A DNA stretch of 53,641 nt, taken from IMG/VR virus record IMGVR_UViG_3300025103_000001, positions 1-53,641 of that record; one strand, given 5' to 3'. The position numbers and the translations under genes were made by a program. Each line of letters begins with the position of its first letter. Position 1 is the stretch's first letter. This document shows, piece after piece, positions 17,055 to 25,454 of this stretch. Origin of the DNA: a virus. Taxonomy: Duplodnaviria > Caudoviricetes. The notes under the pieces were generated by a model. That model did no database searches, was not told the DNA's origin, and saw only the letters and a program-made list of their open reading frames with translations.

Positions 17055-19280
17055 ATGGCAGAAAAAGAAAACAAACAAAATACTTTTTTAGATGCGGATA
17101 GCATTTATGAAGATGTTGAAAACGAACACGGTAAGACATTAAAGCTTGAATATGAGCAGTCTAAAAATCTAGTAGGTTTAATTAAATCTCGTTTTTCTTC
17201 TTGTGAAACTTCTAGGAAACCTGATGAAAGTCGTTGGTTAACATCCTATCAAAACTTTAGAGGCTTATATGGTAAAAGAGTTAGGTTTAGAGAAAGTGAA
17301 AAATCTAGAGTTTTTATAAAAGTAACTAAGACTAAAACAATTGCCGCTTATGGTCAATTAGTAGATGTCTTATTTGGCTCTGGGCAATTTCCGTTATCCG
17401 TAAAGGAAACTAAATTACCTGAAGGTATATCGAAAAATGCTCGTGTAGCAATGAACAATTCTCCTGTTAACATCGAAGCACCACAAGAAATGGGAGATGG
17501 CGAGCTAGAACAAAACGCTGTATCAAAAACTAACCTTTTCGATGTCGGTTATAAAGGCGATGGAAATGTTCTAATGCCCGGAGCAACCTTTAAAGAAGGT
17601 GAAAACTTTTTAAGTTCTTTAGAAGATAACTATACTAATGCAGAAGGAAGAGTTGTTCTTGAAGCAGGTTTATCCGCAATTCCTCAAGTTCCTGAAATTA
17701 GTCCTGCAGCCAAAGCAGCACGCAACATGGAAAAATTAATTCACGATCAATTAGAAGAATCTAATGGGGTGTCTGAATTAAGAAATGCTTTATTTGAATC
17801 AGCGATGCTTGGTACAGGAATTATAAAAGGACCATTTAGTTTTAATAAAACTTTACACCGTTGGGATAAAAACGGAGAAACAAGAGAATATAAACCTGTA
17901 CAAGTACGAGTACCACGCGTAGAGTTTGTTAGTTGTTGGGATTTTTATCCTGATCCAAATGCTACATCTATTGATGAGTGTGACTTTATTATACACAGAC
18001 ATAAGTTTAATAGAAGTCAATTAAGAGGATTAAGAAATCTTCCGTACTTTGATAAAGATGCAATTAGAAATACATTAAGTGAAGGTCCTAACTACGAAGA
18101 AAAGTATTTTGAAAATCAACTTAATGAAGATAATAACGCAGAAGATTATAATACAGACCGCTATGAAGTATTAGAATATTGGGGAATGATGGATGCAGAC
18201 TTTGCAAGAGAAGCCGGTATTGATCTTCCTGCATCAATAGATGATCTAGATGAAGTGCAGATAAATGCATGGACTTGTGGTGGTATGTTATTAAGAGCAG
18301 TTGTAAATCCTTTTACTCCTCCAACTATTCCCTATCATGCATTTCCTTATGAACGTAATCCTTATAGTTTCTTTGGTATAGGTGTACCTGAGAATATGTC
18401 AGACTCACAAACTATTATGAACGGACACGCTAGAATGGCAGTAGATAATCTAGCACTAGCAGGTTCATTAGTCTTTGATATAGATGATTCTGCTTTAGTA
18501 GGTGGACAGTCAATGGAAATATATCCCGGAAAGATATTCCGCAGACAGGCAGGAATGCCCGGACAGGCAGTACATGGAATGAAGTTCCCTAACACCGCAC
18601 CTGAAAATATGATGATGTTTGACAAGTTTAGACAACTTGCAGACGAACAAACAGGTATACCTAGCTATTCACACGGACAGACAGGTGTGCAAAGTATGAC
18701 AAGAACAGCTTCAGGTATGTCGATGTTATTAGGTGCATCCAGTTTAAATATTAAAACAGTTGTAAAAAATATAGATGATTTCTTACTTAAGCCTTTAGGC
18801 GAAGCATACTTCCATTGGAATATGCAGTTTATAGAAGAAGATATAGATACTGTTGGAGATTTAGAAATTAACGCAATGGGAACTAGTAGTTTAATGCAAA
18901 AAGAAGTAAGGAGTCAACGATTGACTATGTTCTTACAAACTGCACAGAATCCTTCTATTGCACCATTTATTAAAATATCAAAAATAATTAGCGAACTAGC
19001 TTACACTTTAGATCTTGATCCTGATGAAATACTCAACGATCCTGAAGAAGCTGCTATCGCTGCACAAATAATAGGAATGCAAAATGCTCAACAAGAACCT
19101 AGCGCGGAAGCTCAAGCCAATAACCCACAACAAGCTGCTATGGGAGGCGCTCAAGGAATACCTGAAGGACCTGCAGACGTTGGAGTTACAGGTACTGGTG
19201 GTGGCAACATCGGAACAGGAAATGTACCGCAGTCAGGGGAAGATCAATTCTCTGGCACGCTTAGAGCAGCTCAAGGATGA
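17055..19280 (+). CDS. Portal protein
   Basis: Follows TerL; LGTGIIK, FYPDP, FFGIG and TASGMSML motifs; 741 aa. Confidence 0.9.
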   Translation: MAEKENKQNTFLDADSIYEDVENEHGKTLKLEYEQSKNLVGLIKSRFSSCETSRKPDESRWLTSYQNFRGLYGKRVRFRESEKSRVFIKVTKTKTIAAYGQLVDVLFGSGQFPLSVKETKLPEGISKNARVAMNNSPVNIEAPQEMGDGELEQNAVSKTNLFDVGYKGDGNVLMPGATFKEGENFLSSLEDNYTNAEGRVVLEAGLSAIPQVPEISPAAKAARNMEKLIHDQLEESNGVSELRNALFESAMLGTGIIKGPFSFNKTLHRWDKNGETREYKPVQVRVPRVEFVSCWDFYPDPNATSIDECDFIIHRHKFNRSQLRGLRNLPYFDKDAIRNTLSEGPNYEEKYFENQLNEDNNAEDYNTDRYEVLEYWGMMDADFAREAGIDLPASIDDLDEVQINAWTCGGMLLRAVVNPFTPPTIPYHAFPYERNPYSFFGIGVPENMSDSQTIMNGHARMAVDNLALAGSLVFDIDDSALVGGQSMEIYPGKIFRRQAGMPGQAVHGMKFPNTAPENMMMFDKFRQLADEQTGIPSYSHGQTGVQSMTRTASGMSMLLGASSLNIKTVVKNIDDFLLKPLGEAYFHWNMQFIEEDIDTVGDLEINAMGTSSLMQKEVRSQRLTMFLQTAQNPSIAPFIKISKIISELAYTLDLDPDEILNDPEEAAIAAQIIGMQNAQQEPSAEAQANNPQQAAMGGAQGIPEGPADVGVTGTGGGNIGTGNVPQSGEDQFSGTLRAAQG

Positions 19281-19317
19281 AGTTGAAATTACAATAAAAG
19301 AGGGAACAGATGTTTAA
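19084..19317 (+). CDS. Small helical head-module protein overlapping the portal 3' end
   Basis: AGGA Shine-Dalgarno; MYRSQGKINSL pattern; stop overlaps the next start. Confidence 0.7.
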   Translation: MLNKNLARKLKPITHNKLLWEALKEYLKDLQTLELQVLVVATSEQEMYRSQGKINSLARLEQLKDEVEITIKEGTDV

Positions 19318-20509
19318 AAGAAAACAATATTATGATGCAGGAGCTATTTATTCTCCGGCAGAAAAGTCCGTAAGTGGAACTAACCCTGCAGTTAGTGCAG
19401 GTGGAAACTTAAGATCTGCTGTGGGTTCTTTACTAGATGCGGCTGTAAATAGTGATGCTATGCAGAATGTTGCTCAAGGTTTTATGACTGCAGCCGGTGG
19501 ACCAAGTCAATTACAACTAGATCAGTTTGGATATCAAGTAGGTGAAAATAAAAAAGCAAGAGAGGCAGGCATCGCAGAACCTTTCCCAACTTCTGCCTCA
19601 GATGTTTTAGGACACGGAGGAAAAGGACAAACAGGACCTACTGCAATGCAGCGTTGGGCAGAAAGAACTAGACAGCCTAATCAATCTGTAGCTCAGAGTT
19701 TACAAAGAATAGCAAGTGGTGTAGGCGCTCATCCGGGTTATAAAGGTTCAGGTAAAGGCGCAGGCGGTTCATTAGGACAAGAAGCAAGAGCAGCAAGGAA
19801 AGCTAAAAGAAAAGCTAAAAGAACTATCGAAAGCGGTGAAGGTGGATACGAAGGCGGAAGAGTTGAAAAAGCAATAGGCGGAGAACTAGACGCACAAATG
19901 TCAGGAATGATGGAAGAAGAAATGCCAACACACATAATGCCTGACGGAACAGAAATGCCGGGAGCAACTCATGGTGAGTATGAGCAGGGATTAGCAGAAG
20001 GACAAGCCGAAGATATGGCACAAGAAGGAATGGTTCCCGATGAACAAATGGAAGAAGATTACGTAGACTATATTGTCCAATCGTCTGAGTTAGCTTCCGA
20101 AGACATAAATTATTTAGAAGAAGCACTAGCTGCTGATGATCGTTTAAGTATGATATTCGATCAGATAGTAGAAACTGCTTCAGAATTTTCCGGATCAGGT
20201 CCTATAGATGGACCGGGTTCAGAAGTCTCTGATTCGATACCTGCAAGGTTATCGGACGGAGAGTTTGTTATAACATCTAAAGCTGCGGAGGAAATCGGTC
20301 CTGATAACCTACAAAGTATGATGGAAGAAGCTGAAGTAGCCTCAGATGCTAGACAAACAGCAGCCTATGGTGGTATGATAACTGGAGAAGAAGATAGCGC
20401 AGACGCAAGTTCTTTTATGACACAAACTGTAGATCCTACAGAGCGTGAAATGAAGAAACTTCAACTTGCCGCAAATCCTCGTAGCCAATATCGTCCCATT
20501 TATGGCTGA
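19310..20509 (+). CDS. Putative internal virion/head protein
   Basis: Lies between portal and scaffold; GPGSEVSDSIPARLSDGEFVI motif; xxGG repeats. Confidence 0.7.
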   Translation: MFKRKQYYDAGAIYSPAEKSVSGTNPAVSAGGNLRSAVGSLLDAAVNSDAMQNVAQGFMTAAGGPSQLQLDQFGYQVGENKKAREAGIAEPFPTSASDVLGHGGKGQTGPTAMQRWAERTRQPNQSVAQSLQRIASGVGAHPGYKGSGKGAGGSLGQEARAARKAKRKAKRTIESGEGGYEGGRVEKAIGGELDAQMSGMMEEEMPTHIMPDGTEMPGATHGEYEQGLAEGQAEDMAQEGMVPDEQMEEDYVDYIVQSSELASEDINYLEEALAADDRLSMIFDQIVETASEFSGSGPIDGPGSEVSDSIPARLSDGEFVITSKAAEEIGPDNLQSMMEEAEVASDARQTAAYGGMITGEEDSADASSFMTQTVDPTEREMKKLQLAANPRSQYRPIYG

Positions 20510-20513
20510 TAAC

Positions 20514-20645
20514 CGGTAGAGTTACTTACTTATTGTAACCCTCTATCAAACTATAACCTTTAGCTACTTTGCAAGTCAAACCCTTATTCAAAAGACGTTT
20601 TTGTAATAAGCCACTTTGAAGATAGCGCAAACCCTAAAAGGAGAA
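20514..20645 (+). promoter_or_regulatory. Structured leader of the scaffold gene
   Basis: Two hairpins. The long one has two CYAC/CC internal loops and covers part of the Shine-Dalgarno. Confidence 0.6.
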
Positions 20646-20649
20646 AACG

Positions 20650-21513
20650 ATGGCAGAAGTTGAAAACATACAGGAAACTGTAGAAGAACCGAAACCTAAT
20701 CCGTACAACCAAAAGAAATCTTGGCAAACGGATGATGTAATGCCTAAAGAAGGTAAAACTGCTACCAGTTTATTTGTCGCACCTCAAACTGAGACAGTTG
20801 TTTCAGAAGAAGAGAAGCCGCAAGAAACTGTACATACAGACAAACCTTATCAGAAGGCTGATTATAAAAAAAGATACGATGACCTAAAAAGGCATTATGA
20901 TACAAAATTAAATGAGTTCAGAACTAGAGAACAAGAGTTAGCAGGTAAAGTGCAACAAGCGCAACCCGTGTACGAAGCTCCTAAATCACTAGAAGAATTA
21001 GAACACTTTAAAAATCAATATCCTGATGTTTATGAAGTTGTCGAAAGTGTTGCTCACTTACAGAGTGAAGATAAAATGAAAAGCATAACCGATAAGGTTG
21101 CAATCATTGAAGCTCGTGAACAAGAAGTTATGAGGCGTGAAGCTGAAAAAGACTTGATGGATAAACATCCTGACTATTCAGACTTACGTAATAATGATGA
21201 CTTCCATGTTTGGGCAGAAACTCAACCTGAAGAGATACAAGATTGGATTTATAATAATCCTAACAATGCATCTCTAGCGAGTAAGGCTATTGATCTTTAT
21301 AAAATGGAATCAAGTTCTTTAAAACAACAAAAGCCGAGTCCACGTAATCAGGCAAAAGCGTCTGAAATGGTGTCTACTAAAACGACATCTGTTGAAGCGA
21401 AAGAGCCTAAAATCTGGACTCAAGAAGAAATCTCTGATTTATCTATGGATGAGTTTGATAAATATGAAAAAGATATTGATCAAGCAATTCTTGAAGGTAG
21501 AGTAAGAGGATAA
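20650..21513 (+). CDS. Capsid scaffolding protein
   Basis: Acidic coiled coil, YKKRYDDLKRHYD, C-terminal AILEGRV; directly before the capsid gene. Confidence 0.85.
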   Translation: MAEVENIQETVEEPKPNPYNQKKSWQTDDVMPKEGKTATSLFVAPQTETVVSEEEKPQETVHTDKPYQKADYKKRYDDLKRHYDTKLNEFRTREQELAGKVQQAQPVYEAPKSLEELEHFKNQYPDVYEVVESVAHLQSEDKMKSITDKVAIIEAREQEVMRREAEKDLMDKHPDYSDLRNNDDFHVWAETQPEEIQDWIYNNPNNASLASKAIDLYKMESSSLKQQKPSPRNQAKASEMVSTKTTSVEAKEPKIWTQEEISDLSMDEFDKYEKDIDQAILEGRVRG

Positions 21514-21542
21514 TATTAACCCTTTAATACAAGGAAACTAAA

Positions 21543-22532
21543 ATGGCTTATAATCAATCTGATGCTTTATTCGAGCAATCAACTGATACTAATGGCAACT
21601 TTGGTAACTCCGTATCAGGGCAGAATAATAGCTTCTTCATGCCGAAGGTTTATTCCAAGAAGGTACTTAACTTTTTTAGAAAATCTTCAGTAGTTGAAGC
21701 AATTACAAACACCGATTATACCGGTGAAATCTCTGCCTTCGGAGATACCGTCCGTATTATTAAAGAACCCACGATTACTGTTTATCAGTATGAAAGAGGC
21801 GCTGACGTAACGCAAAGTAAATTAACAGACCAAGAGCTTACTCTTACTGTTGATATAGCTAACGCATTTAAATTCATCGTTGACGATATTGAGAAATCAA
21901 TGTCTCATGTGAACTTTAAAGAAGTAGCTAGTTCGTCTGCTGCTTATGCATTGAAAGATGCATTTGATGCAGGTGTGATTGCAGAAATGTTTGCAGGCGC
22001 TTCTACATCTTCCCCTGACCATGTTATCGGTTCTGACAGCGCAACTGCTGACACAACTATGACTCATGCAACCAACTCTGTTGATTTGCTTGGTTCAGAC
22101 GGAACAGGTGTAGACGCTTTAGACCTTATGGCTAGAATGGCAAGATTGCTAGACGACCAAGACATCCCCGAAGATGGTCGTTGGTTTGTAGCACCTCCTT
22201 CGTTTTACGAAGAGTTGTCAGGATCTAGTTCTAAACTACTTTCAGTAGATTACAACGCAGGTCAAGGTTCTTTAAGAAATGGTTTGGTGTCAAGCGGAAA
22301 GCTTCGTGGTTTTGATATGTACAAGTCTAATAACATTGCAGCAGTTTCTAACTGCACAGGCAAAGTTTTAGCAGGACACATTAGTTCTACGGCTACTGCT
22401 CAAGCTATAACATCAACAGAGGTCATCCGTGATCCTGATTCATTTGGTGATATAGTAAGAGGTCTTCATGTTTATGGTGCTAACGTACTACAAGATGAAG
22501 CTTTAGTATCTGCTTTCTATCTAGTTGACTAA
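21543..22532 (+). CDS. Major capsid protein (HK97 fold)
   Basis: VYSKKVL, NTDYTGEI...GDTVRI and FGDIVRGLHVYG motifs; position and size. Confidence 0.92.
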   Translation: MAYNQSDALFEQSTDTNGNFGNSVSGQNNSFFMPKVYSKKVLNFFRKSSVVEAITNTDYTGEISAFGDTVRIIKEPTITVYQYERGADVTQSKLTDQELTLTVDIANAFKFIVDDIEKSMSHVNFKEVASSSAAYALKDAFDAGVIAEMFAGASTSSPDHVIGSDSATADTTMTHATNSVDLLGSDGTGVDALDLMARMARLLDDQDIPEDGRWFVAPPSFYEELSGSSSKLLSVDYNAGQGSLRNGLVSSGKLRGFDMYKSNNIAAVSNCTGKVLAGHISSTATAQAITSTEVIRDPDSFGDIVRGLHVYGANVLQDEALVSAFYLVD

Positions 22533-22556
22533 TCGTTAATTAAGAAGCAAAAAATG

Positions 22557-22597
22557 GTATGTGGGAAGAGAATTTTATGTTCATCTTCCCCATACTT
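22557..22597 (+). terminator. Hairpin after the capsid gene (terminator or stabiliser)
   Basis: GTATG.GGGAAGA...TCTTCCC.CATAC with only a short U tract. Confidence 0.55.
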
Positions 22598-22614
22598 AAA
22601 TAACAGGAAAAGAT

Positions 22615-22773
22615 ATGCCACAATTAGGAAATGAACGAAATCCTTTGATTATGAAAAATCCAAAAAAGGGGAACAGAAAATTAGTTCGAGCAGGAAGTAA
22701 AGCAACTGCTGAAGAACGACAAAGATATAAAGATAATTGGGAAGTTATCTTCGGAAAGTCTAAAAAAGGTTAA
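22615..22773 (+). CDS. Small basic protein, 52 aa (not in ORF track)
   Basis: AGGA Shine-Dalgarno; MPQLGNERNP...YKDNWEVIFGKSKKG*. Confidence 0.65.
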   Translation: MPQLGNERNPLIMKNPKKGNRKLVRAGSKATAEERQRYKDNWEVIFGKSKKG

Positions 22774-22803
22774 AAATAACTGCCTTTATAAAAAATAGTT
22801 ATT
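22765..22803 (+). promoter_or_regulatory. H-type pseudoknot, copy 3
   Basis: S1 AAAGGU/GCCUUU; S2 AAUAACU/AGUUAUU. Confidence 0.55.
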
Positions 22804-22827
22804 ATAATAAAATATTGAGGATTTATA

Positions 22828-23046
22828 GTGAAAATTAAAATGCTATCTTTAATTGCTTTTTTATTAACATTTACTGGTTGTTCTGTTGTTGAAGAAACAA
22901 TAGACGCAGGTAAAAATATCTCGTCTGCTATTGTAGATGAAAGTATTGAGTTAGGTCAAACTGCAATTTCTATACCTGTACAAGCAGTAGGTACAGTTGT
23001 TGATAAATTAGAAGAAGAAACAATAGACGAAGAAACACAAGAGTAA
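22828..23046 (+). CDS. Lipoprotein (paralog of 50506-50889)
   Basis: Signal peptide ending FTG-C; amphipathic mature part with 11-residue periodicity. Confidence 0.75.
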   Translation: MKIKMLSLIAFLLTFTGCSVVEETIDAGKNISSAIVDESIELGQTAISIPVQAVGTVVDKLEEETIDEETQE

Positions 23047-23052
23047 AAGTAA

Positions 23053-23814
23053 GTGGCTACAACGTATTTAACTTTAACAAACGAACTCTTGCGAGAATCA
23101 AACGAAGTTGCTTTAACTTCTGCAAACTTTGCAAGCGCAATAGGTATTCAACAATTTGCAAAAGATTGTGTAAACAGATCTTATAACGATATTGTAAGCG
23201 CAGAACCTAGATGGTCTTTTTTAGCTACAGGAGAAAGCGGAGCTACAGATCCTATGTATGGTAATGTTTATGTTGAAACAACCGCAGGAACACGTTGGTA
23301 TGAATTAAAAGCAGCATCAAGTTCTTTAACAACAGACTATGGTGCAATAGATTGGAAAGATTTCTATCTTACAACAATAGGAGTAAGTGGAGAATCAGCA
23401 CCTTATACAAGTAAAAATTTATCTTTTATGACTTTAGAAGAGTGGAAAGATCATTACAGAGAATCAGAAAATTCAGACGATGCTGATGCACAAACATGGG
23501 GAGAACCTAGATTTGTTATTAGAAGTCCTGATGCAAGAAAATTTGGAATAAGTCCAATACCTGATCAAGTTTATAGAGTATGGTTTTATGCTTGGGATCT
23601 ACCTACAGCATTAGATGCACACGGAGATGCAATAGTATTTCCAGATATGTATAGTTCAGTATTAATGGCTAGAGCTAGATATTACATGGCACAGTTTAAA
23701 GAAAATGCACAGCACGCTGCTTTTGCTTTAGATGATTATAAAAGAGGATTAAGATTAATGAGATCTAATTTAGCAGATCCTACTCCTCGCTATATGTCTA
23801 CGGATATGCTCTAA
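23053..23814 (+). CDS. Head-tail adaptor / tail tubular protein A-like
   Basis: TYLTLTNELL N-terminus, P.PD..Y motif; position after the capsid gene. Confidence 0.75.
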   Translation: MATTYLTLTNELLRESNEVALTSANFASAIGIQQFAKDCVNRSYNDIVSAEPRWSFLATGESGATDPMYGNVYVETTAGTRWYELKAASSSLTTDYGAIDWKDFYLTTIGVSGESAPYTSKNLSFMTLEEWKDHYRESENSDDADAQTWGEPRFVIRSPDARKFGISPIPDQVYRVWFYAWDLPTALDAHGDAIVFPDMYSSVLMARARYYMAQFKENAQHAAFALDDYKRGLRLMRSNLADPTPRYMSTDML

Positions 23815-25451
23815 TGCCTTCGCAACCTTTTGCATTAGCGTGTGAAGGAGGACTTGATAAATCTTCAAGTTCTTTTGAAATGCTACGAAGACCGGGAGCA
23901 GCTACACTTTTAGAAAATTTTGAAGTTGATATTGCCGGTGGCTATAGAAGAATAAATGGTTATTCAGCCTTTGGAGGATCAAGCGCAGCTAATCCTAGTA
24001 GTGAAGATGCTATACTAGGTCTTCATGTTTATGCAGATGGAGTTATCGCTTGCTCAAACACTAATATATATTTTAGCTTAGATGGTGAAAGTTGGTTACA
24101 ATTAAATAAAGCAAGTGTTGCAGGCGGTGGAGATAACTACACAGCCTTTACAGGTCGTAGTGCTGCAGCTAGAACCTCACAAGGGTTAGCACACTTTACA
24201 ACTTACGAAGGTGATACAACTTACGGAGAAGTTATCATTACAGATGAAGGATCAGGTGTAAAACCTTTTTACTTTAAAATGACAGGTAGTGGAGCTTTAA
24301 GCGGAAGAACTTATTATGCAAAAGAAATAACAGTAAGTGGAACACACTATCCTAAATTTTGTACGATACATGATAAACATTTAGTAGTTGCAGGTGCAAC
24401 AACAGCTCCAAATACTATATTTTATAGTGGAACAAGCGACATAGATGATTTTACAACGACAGGTTCAGGAAGTATAGTATTAGATGATCAAGTAGTTGGC
24501 TTAAGATCTTTTCGTAATGATCTAATTATATTTTGTAAAAATAGTATTTATAAATTGACAAATATAAATTCTTCCTCTACAATAGCAGTACAACCTATTA
24601 CACAAAACATTGGTTGTTTAGACGGTAAAAGCATTCAAGAGGTTGGTGGTGACTTAGTATTTTTAGCACCTGATGGTATAAGAACACTAGCCGGTACAGT
24701 AAGAATTGGTGACGTTGAGTTAGGAACAGTCAGCCGTTCTATACAGCCTGTAATGAAATTTATTGCAGATAACATTGGAAGTTATAATATAAGCAGCCTT
24801 GTTATCAGAGACAAAGCACAGTATCGTTTATATTATGGTAGTGATTCGACAGGTGGTTCTTCTAAAGGAATTATAGGAACTTTAAAAACTAACGATCAAG
24901 GATTTACAAATTTTCAATGGTCTGAAACAACCGGTATAGATGCAAGTTCAGCAGCAGCTTCGGGTTTTAATTATGACGGAGTTGAAAGATATTATCATGG
25001 AGATTATATTGGTAAGGTATATAATCATGATACAGGAGATAATTTTTTATCTACAGGCGGAACAGCTACTAATATTATAGCTAAATACCAAACTCCGGAT
25101 TTAGATTATGGAGATTTAGGAACTTTAAAAACTCTTAAGTATGTAAAAGTATCAATAACTCCTGAAGGAGAAGTAGATACAAGCTTAAGAATTAGATATA
25201 ATTTTGATGATCTAGATAGTCCACAACCTACAGATTATTCATTGTCAGTACCGAAGCCTTCGTTGTTCGGCACAGCTTTATTTGGAGCAACCGCTGCTTA
25301 TAAATTTGGAGCAGCAACAGATCCGATTACAAAACAAACAGTAGAAGGTAGTGGAAAAAGTAATTATTTTAGAATATTTAGCGATAATCAAAATTCACCA
25401 TATACTGTAAATGGAATATACATAGATTACGTACCTTCAGGGAGAGAATAA
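23814..25451 (+). CDS. Tail nozzle / tail tubular protein B-like
   Basis: GGYRRING, GCLDGKSIQEVGGDLVFLAPDG; beta-rich, 545 aa. Confidence 0.75.
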   Translation: MPSQPFALACEGGLDKSSSSFEMLRRPGAATLLENFEVDIAGGYRRINGYSAFGGSSAANPSSEDAILGLHVYADGVIACSNTNIYFSLDGESWLQLNKASVAGGGDNYTAFTGRSAAARTSQGLAHFTTYEGDTTYGEVIITDEGSGVKPFYFKMTGSGALSGRTYYAKEITVSGTHYPKFCTIHDKHLVVAGATTAPNTIFYSGTSDIDDFTTTGSGSIVLDDQVVGLRSFRNDLIIFCKNSIYKLTNINSSSTIAVQPITQNIGCLDGKSIQEVGGDLVFLAPDGIRTLAGTVRIGDVELGTVSRSIQPVMKFIADNIGSYNISSLVIRDKAQYRLYYGSDSTGGSSKGIIGTLKTNDQGFTNFQWSETTGIDASSAAASGFNYDGVERYYHGDYIGKVYNHDTGDNFLSTGGTATNIIAKYQTPDLDYGDLGTLKTLKYVKVSITPEGEVDTSLRIRYNFDDLDSPQPTDYSLSVPKPSLFGTALFGATAAYKFGAATDPITKQTVEGSGKSNYFRIFSDNQNSPYTVNGIYIDYVPSGRE

Positions 25452-25454
25452 AAG

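Noticed and set aside
21500-21530. Possible fourth pseudoknot copy before the capsid gene
   Set aside because: Stems are short and AU-only, the GCCUUU strand is not matched, and spacing to the start differs.
22761-22803. -1 frameshift signal (AAAAAAG plus pseudoknot) at the end of the 52-aa ORF
   Set aside because: The heptamer is out of phase with the reading frame and overlaps stem 1 instead of lying 5-9 nt upstream.
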